Below, one piece after another: positions 30,723-35,338 of a stretch of 35,338 bases of DNA. Origin of the DNA: an uncultured Bifidobacteriaceae bacterium (GTDB taxonomy: Bacteria > Acidobacteriota > Vicinamibacteria > Vicinamibacterales > UBA2999); the NCBI GenBank assembly GCA_964372085.1, contig CAYJPQ010000001.1, positions 2,598-37,935 of the forward strand, read 5' to 3'. The notes under the pieces are model-generated. The model did no database searches, was not told the DNA's origin, and saw only the letters and a list, made by a program, of their open reading frames with translations. The translations under genes and the position numbers were made by a program. Positions within the stretch are counted from its first letter, which is position 1, and the number at the start of each line of letters is the position of its first letter.

Positions 30723-33013
30723 CCATGCGCGTCCGACTCGGCCTCTTCGTGTGCGCGCTCGTGGCCGTGGGGGCGGCCCGTCCCGCCTCCGCGCAGTCGC
30801 TCCCGGGATGGACCACCAAGCAGTTCGCGCTCGAGCGCCTCGATGCCGATCGCGTGCGGCTCATGCGCGAGGTGGAGATCGAGGGCGAGGCCGGCAGCGC
30901 CAACGCCGGCCAGAAGTTCTTCGCCGACGACCTCGAGATGAACCTGCGCACCGGGGAGCTCGTCGCCAGCGGCAACGTGGTCTTCGCCACGCCCACCTCG
31001 CGCATCTCGGCCGAGACCGTCGTGTTCAACACCCGCACCAAGGTCGGCACCTTCAACAACGCGTCGGGCATCGCGCAGTTGGGCGAGCGCGGCGCCCGCA
31101 ACATGAGCATGTTCGGCACGGTCGAGCCCGACGTGTACTTCTACGGCGCCACCATCGAGAAGGTGGGGCCCGACAAGTACAAGATTACGCGCGGCGGCTT
31201 CACCACGTGCGTGCAGCCCACGCCCCGGTGGGAGATCGTGAGCAACAGCGCCACCGTGAACCTGGGCGATTACGTGGTGCTCACGCATGCCGTCATCCGG
31301 GCGAAGGACGTCCCGGTGTTCTACCTGCCCGTGTTGTACTACCCCATCCAGAAGGACGGCCGGTCAACCGGCATCCTGATGCCCACCTACGGCGCGTCCA
31401 CCTATCGGGGGCAGTCGATCAGCAATGCGCTCTTCTGGGCCATCAACCGCAGCCACGACGCCACGTTCTTCCACGACTGGTTCTTCTCACGAGGGCAAGG
31501 CATGGGCAGCGAGTACCGCTACATGCTGGCGCCGCAGTCGCAAGGCAACTTCAAGGCGTACTGGCTGAACGAACACGAGGCCGAGGTGAACGGCGTGCTG
31601 CAGCCGGCGCGCAGGAGCCAGCAGTTCACGGGCGGCCTCAGCCAGGCGCTGCCCCTGGGGCTGTCCGCCCGGGCGCGCGTCGAGTACTTCACCGACGTGA
31701 CGGTGCAGCAGCTCTACAACAACAACTTCTACGACGCCTCGCGCAGCACGCGCACCCTGGGTGGCGCCGTGTCGGGCGCGTGGCGGGGTCTGTCGGTGAG
31801 CGGCAACTTCCAGCGCAACGAGTACTTCACCGGGTCGACCGACTCGTTCGTGAGCGGCTCGGCGCCGGGCGTGATCCTCTCGTACGCCGGGCAGCAGCTG
31901 GGGCCGCTGCCCCTCTTCGCGCAGGTCAATGCCGAGGCCAGCCGCATCCTGTACCAGCAGAAGTCGTCGGGGCGCATCAGCGATCTCGGCCTGACCAAGG
32001 TCGACCTGCAGCCCTCGCTGCGCGCGCCGCTCAGCACGCTGCCCTACCTCACGGTGAACGCCACCCTGGCCTATCGCACCACCTACTTCAGTGAGAGCCT
32101 CGACGAGCGGGGCCTGCAGGTGGAATCGCCGGTCACGCGCAGCTACGCCGACATGCGGGCCGAGGCCATCGGCCCGGTGTTCTCGCGCGTGTTTTCGCCC
32201 AACAACGCGTTCGCCGACCGGCTGAAGCACGTGATCGAGCCCTCGTACTCGGTGCAGCGGCGAACGGCCATCGACAACCAGAGGAACATCCCCACGGCGG
32301 CGGGCGGCGGCTACGACACCGTGATCGGCGGCTCCACGCAGGTGTCGTACGGCGTGGCCAACCGCCTACTGGTGCGCAAGGCCGGGGCCGGCGATGACCT
32401 GTCGGGCGGCGCACCGCGCGAGCTGCTGAATGTCGCCGTTCGGCAGACCTACTACACCGACCCGCTCGCCAGCCGGTTCGACTCGTCGTTTTCCTACGCG
32501 TACCTGTCCCGCCCCCCGAGTCCCTACTCGCCCATCTCGGTGGTGGCCCGGGCGGCGCCGGCCACGCCGGTGAACATCGACTTCAGGCTGGAGTACGACC
32601 CCATCAAGGACGCCACGGTGCGGATGCTGGGCTTCGGCCTGAACGGGACGATTCGCATCCCGCTCGTCGACGCCACGGCGGGCTGGAGCCGGCGCGCCTC
32701 CGCCGGCGGGTCGTCCGCCTCGTCGGCCGACTACCTGCAGTCGGCGGCCGCCCTGCGGTTTGCGGACGGCAAGTACGGCACCACCGTGTCGTTCAACTAC
32801 GACATCGGGCGGTCCACGCTGCTCAACCATCGCTACATCGCGTTCTACAACGCGCAGTGCTGCGGCGTGAGCTTCGAGTACCAGGCGTACAACTACCCCA
32901 ACACCTCGAACTTCCCCGTGCCCAGGGACCGCCGCTTCAACATGTCCTTCACCCTGGCCGGCGTGGGCTCGTTCTCGAACTTCTTCGGCGCGTTCGGCGG
33001 TCGCACATATTAA
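30719..33013 (+). CDS. lptD: LPS-assembly outer-membrane protein LptD family
   Basis: Start at GTG30719 (overlapping the folC stop) or ATG30725. Signal peptide, FTTC...PRWEI, VPVFYLP, RSTGILMP, LKHVIEP and C-terminal QCC. Confidence 0.88.
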   Translation: MTMRVRLGLFVCALVAVGAARPASAQSLPGWTTKQFALERLDADRVRLMREVEIEGEAGSANAGQKFFADDLEMNLRTGELVASGNVVFATPTSRISAETVVFNTRTKVGTFNNASGIAQLGERGARNMSMFGTVEPDVYFYGATIEKVGPDKYKITRGGFTTCVQPTPRWEIVSNSATVNLGDYVVLTHAVIRAKDVPVFYLPVLYYPIQKDGRSTGILMPTYGASTYRGQSISNALFWAINRSHDATFFHDWFFSRGQGMGSEYRYMLAPQSQGNFKAYWLNEHEAEVNGVLQPARRSQQFTGGLSQALPLGLSARARVEYFTDVTVQQLYNNNFYDASRSTRTLGGAVSGAWRGLSVSGNFQRNEYFTGSTDSFVSGSAPGVILSYAGQQLGPLPLFAQVNAEASRILYQQKSSGRISDLGLTKVDLQPSLRAPLSTLPYLTVNATLAYRTTYFSESLDERGLQVESPVTRSYADMRAEAIGPVFSRVFSPNNAFADRLKHVIEPSYSVQRRTAIDNQRNIPTAAGGGYDTVIGGSTQVSYGVANRLLVRKAGAGDDLSGGAPRELLNVAVRQTYYTDPLASRFDSSFSYAYLSRPPSPYSPISVVARAAPATPVNIDFRLEYDPIKDATVRMLGFGLNGTIRIPLVDATAGWSRRASAGGSSASSADYLQSAAALRFADGKYGTTVSFNYDIGRSTLLNHRYIAFYNAQCCGVSFEYQAYNYPNTSNFPVPRDRRFNMSFTLAGVGSFSNFFGAFGGRTY

Positions 33014-33027
33014 GATGATCCGTTGAT

Positions 33028-34035
33028 ATGAAGGTACTGGTCACCGGCGGAGCCGGGTTCATCGGCAGCAACTTCGTGCGCTACGCGCTGCAGGCGCACC
33101 CCGACTGGCACGTCACCAACCTCGACAAGCTCACCTACGCGGGGCGGCTCGAGAACCTGCACGACCTGAAGGACAACCCGCGGCACACCTTCGTCCACGG
33201 GGACATCTGCGACCCCGCCGTCGCGGGCCCGCTCGTGGAGGCCGCCGACTACGTGGTGCACTTCGCCGCCGAGACCCACGTGGACCGGTCGATCATGGCG
33301 GCCGGCGAGTTCATCAAGACCGACGTCGAGGGATCGTTCGTGCTGCTCGAGGCGGCGCGCCGCAACCCCGCGCTCAAGCGCTTCGTGCAGATCTCCACCG
33401 ACGAGGTCTACGGCAGCGTGCCCGAGGGCTCGAGCACCGAGACCGACGAGCTCAAGCCGCGCAACCCGTACGCGGCCAGCAAGGCCGGCGCCGATCGGCT
33501 GGCCTACAGCTACTGGGCCACGCACGACGTGCCGGTGATCGTCACGCGGGCATCGAACAACTACGGCCCGTACCAGTTCCCCGAGAAGATCATCCCGCTG
33601 TTTGTCACCAACCTGATGGACGACATCCCGGTGCCGCTCTACGGCGACGGCGGCAACGTGCGCGACTGGCTGCACGTGCTCGACCACTGCCGCGCGCTCG
33701 ACCTGCTCATCCACACCGGCGTGAACGGCGAGGTGTACAACATCGGCGGCGGCAACGAGGTGAAGAACCTCGACCTCACCCACGACATCATCCGCCTGGC
33801 CGGCAAGACCGACCGGCTGATCAAGCCGGTGGCCGACCGCAAGGGCCACGACCGCCGGTACAGCCTCGGCACGGCCAAGCTGCGCGCGATGGGCTGGGCG
33901 CCGCAGGTGCCCTTCGAGCAGGGCCTCGCCGACACCGTGCAGTGGTACCAGGCCAACGAGTGGTGGTGGCGCCCCATCAAGGAAGCCGACCCCGCCTACC
34001 AGGCCTACATCGACGCGCAGTACGGCACGCGCTGA
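33028..34035 (+). CDS. rfbB: dTDP-glucose 4,6-dehydratase
   Basis: GGAGFIGSNF, DKLTYAG, HFAAETHVDRSI, ISTDEVYG, PYAASK, NNYGPYQFPEK and DRKGHDRRY. Confidence 0.96.
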   Translation: MKVLVTGGAGFIGSNFVRYALQAHPDWHVTNLDKLTYAGRLENLHDLKDNPRHTFVHGDICDPAVAGPLVEAADYVVHFAAETHVDRSIMAAGEFIKTDVEGSFVLLEAARRNPALKRFVQISTDEVYGSVPEGSSTETDELKPRNPYAASKAGADRLAYSYWATHDVPVIVTRASNNYGPYQFPEKIIPLFVTNLMDDIPVPLYGDGGNVRDWLHVLDHCRALDLLIHTGVNGEVYNIGGGNEVKNLDLTHDIIRLAGKTDRLIKPVADRKGHDRRYSLGTAKLRAMGWAPQVPFEQGLADTVQWYQANEWWWRPIKEADPAYQAYIDAQYGTR

Positions 34036-34985
34036 TGGCCGGCCCGGTCCTCGTCACCGGCGCGGCCGGCTTCGTGGGCAGCCACCTGCTGGAGCTCCTC
34101 GAGCAGGACGACACCGACATCGTGGCCTGGAAGCGCCCCGGCACCGATCCCCTGGTACCGGGACGCCGCGTGCGATGGGACACCGTCGAGATGCACGACC
34201 GCGCGGGGGTGGCGGCGGCCGTGGCCGCCACCAGGCCGGCCGCGGTGTACCACCTGGCCGGCGCCGCCCACGTCGGCGATTCGTGGCGCTACACGCGCGA
34301 GACCTTCGCCGGCAACGTGCTGGCCTCGCACCACCTCTACGACGGCCTACGGCGGGCCGGCCTGCGCCCCCGGGTGCTCGTCACCCTCTCGGCCACCATC
34401 TACACGCCCCTCGACCGGGCCATCACCGAGCACGATCCCGTCCGCCCCACCAGCCCGTACGGCACCAGCAAGCTGGCCCAGGAGATGCTCTCGTTTCGCG
34501 CGTGGGAGGACGATGGGCTGCCGGCGCTGCTGGCGAGATCGTTCAATCACATGGGGCCGCGCCAGGCCCCGTCGTTCGTGGCGCCGAGCATCGCGCGCCA
34601 GATCGCGCTGATTGAAGCCGGCGCGCGTCCGCCGGTGCTGACGCTCGGCAACCTCGATCCCCGCCGCGACCTCATGGACGTGCGCGACACAGTGCGGGCC
34701 TACCGCGCGATGATGCAGTCGGCCGCGCCGGGCGTGCCCTACAACGTGTGCTCGGGCCGCGCGGTGGCGATTCGGGAGGTGGTGGAGCTGTTCGTGGCGC
34801 ACGCGCGCGTGCCGGTGCGGGTGGAGCAGGATCCCGCGCTGCTGCGCCCCAACGACATCCCGCTGCTGCTGGGCGACGCCTCCCGGCTGCGCGCGGCCAC
34901 CGGCTGGGCCGCGGATATCCCTCTCGAACAGACCGTGAGCGACCTGCTGGAGTATTGGCGCGGTCAAGCCACGGGCCACAGATGA
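34035..34985 (+). CDS. NDP-sugar SDR, GDP-4-keto-6-deoxy-D-mannose reductase (Rmd)/GMD-like
   Basis: TGATG coupling to rfbB. GAAGFVG, HLAGAAHVGDSW, YGTSK, RSFNHMGPRQ, LGNLDPRRD...DVRD and LRPNDIP. Confidence 0.85.
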   Translation: MAGPVLVTGAAGFVGSHLLELLEQDDTDIVAWKRPGTDPLVPGRRVRWDTVEMHDRAGVAAAVAATRPAAVYHLAGAAHVGDSWRYTRETFAGNVLASHHLYDGLRRAGLRPRVLVTLSATIYTPLDRAITEHDPVRPTSPYGTSKLAQEMLSFRAWEDDGLPALLARSFNHMGPRQAPSFVAPSIARQIALIEAGARPPVLTLGNLDPRRDLMDVRDTVRAYRAMMQSAAPGVPYNVCSGRAVAIREVVELFVAHARVPVRVEQDPALLRPNDIPLLLGDASRLRAATGWAADIPLEQTVSDLLEYWRGQATGHR

Positions 34986-35144
34986 AACACAGATACGGGA
35001 GGCTCCTAAGTGTCTTGCGCCACCTCGAAGCCACAGCTCCCGCGCGGCTGCGCAACGACACCGCCCCCTGGACCTGATCTGCATTTTGTCTGTGTTTTAT
35101 CTGTGGCCTGTCCTGTGGCCTGATCTGTGGCCTGATCTGTGGCC
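34974..35144. repeat. CACAGAT-family inverted-repeat element with terminal 12-bp tandem repeats
   Basis: Arms 34974-34995 and 35087-35108 match at 20/22, and both differences are G.U-compatible. CTGTGGCCTGAT-type 12-mers occur about 3.7 times at 35101-35144. Confidence 0.85.
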
Positions 35145-35147
35145 CCG

Positions 35148-35213
35148 CTACCCTGTCAGGCGCCGCAGTACCCCGGCGATCAGCGCCGCGCGGGGCACCA
35201 GCGCCTCGACCTC
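35148..35213 (-). other. 3' end of a truncated minus-strand gene (C-terminus resembles M20/carboxypeptidase G2-like peptidases)
   Basis: Reads EVEALVPRAALIAGVLRRLTG* in GC-rich codons. Upstream the frame runs into the duplicated block. Confidence 0.45.
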
Positions 35214-35338
35214 CTGGGCCGCGGATATCCCTCTCGAACAGACCGTGAGCGACCTGCTGGAGTATTGGCGCGGTCAAGCCACGGGCCACAGATGAAACAC
35301 AGATACGGGAGGCTCCTAAGTGTCTTGCGCCACCTCGA
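35214..35338 (+). repeat. Exact 125-bp direct duplicate of 34904-35028, running to the window end
   Basis: Base-by-base identical from CTGGGCCGCGG to CACCTCGA, offset 310 bp. Confidence 0.95.

Overview
High-GC Gram-negative chromosomal segment. Gene style and content (Oar-like TonB receptor, tonB-exbB-exbD-exbD near secDF, HEAT-cyclophilin) suggest Acidobacteriota, probably Vicinamibacteria-like; this is inference only. About 27 mostly housekeeping genes: dksA-like, rpmB, ridA, rel, TPR proteins, a TonB-dependent receptor, the Ton motor, hppA, uppP, tgt-yajC-secDF, ddl, OSBS/NAAAR, a deoxynucleoside kinase, accD-folC-lptD and rmlB-rmd. I found no rRNA, tRNA, CRISPR or transposase. Two things are not explained by the ORF track. 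(1) A self-contained transcription unit at about 24020-24520 with a near-consensus sigma70 promoter, a structured leader, two RBS-equipped micro-ORFs (MAKKAKKAAKKKAKKR and MAKKAKKAAKKAKKR) and a terminator. The two ORFs differ only by synonymous changes and one Lys codon. (2) A recurring set of 7-, 8-, 9- and 12-bp tandem or tandem-inverted repeat arrays that start at, or supply, the stop codons of many genes. The last 125 bp exactly duplicate 34904-35028 and cut off a minus-strand gene, which looks like an assembly artefact.
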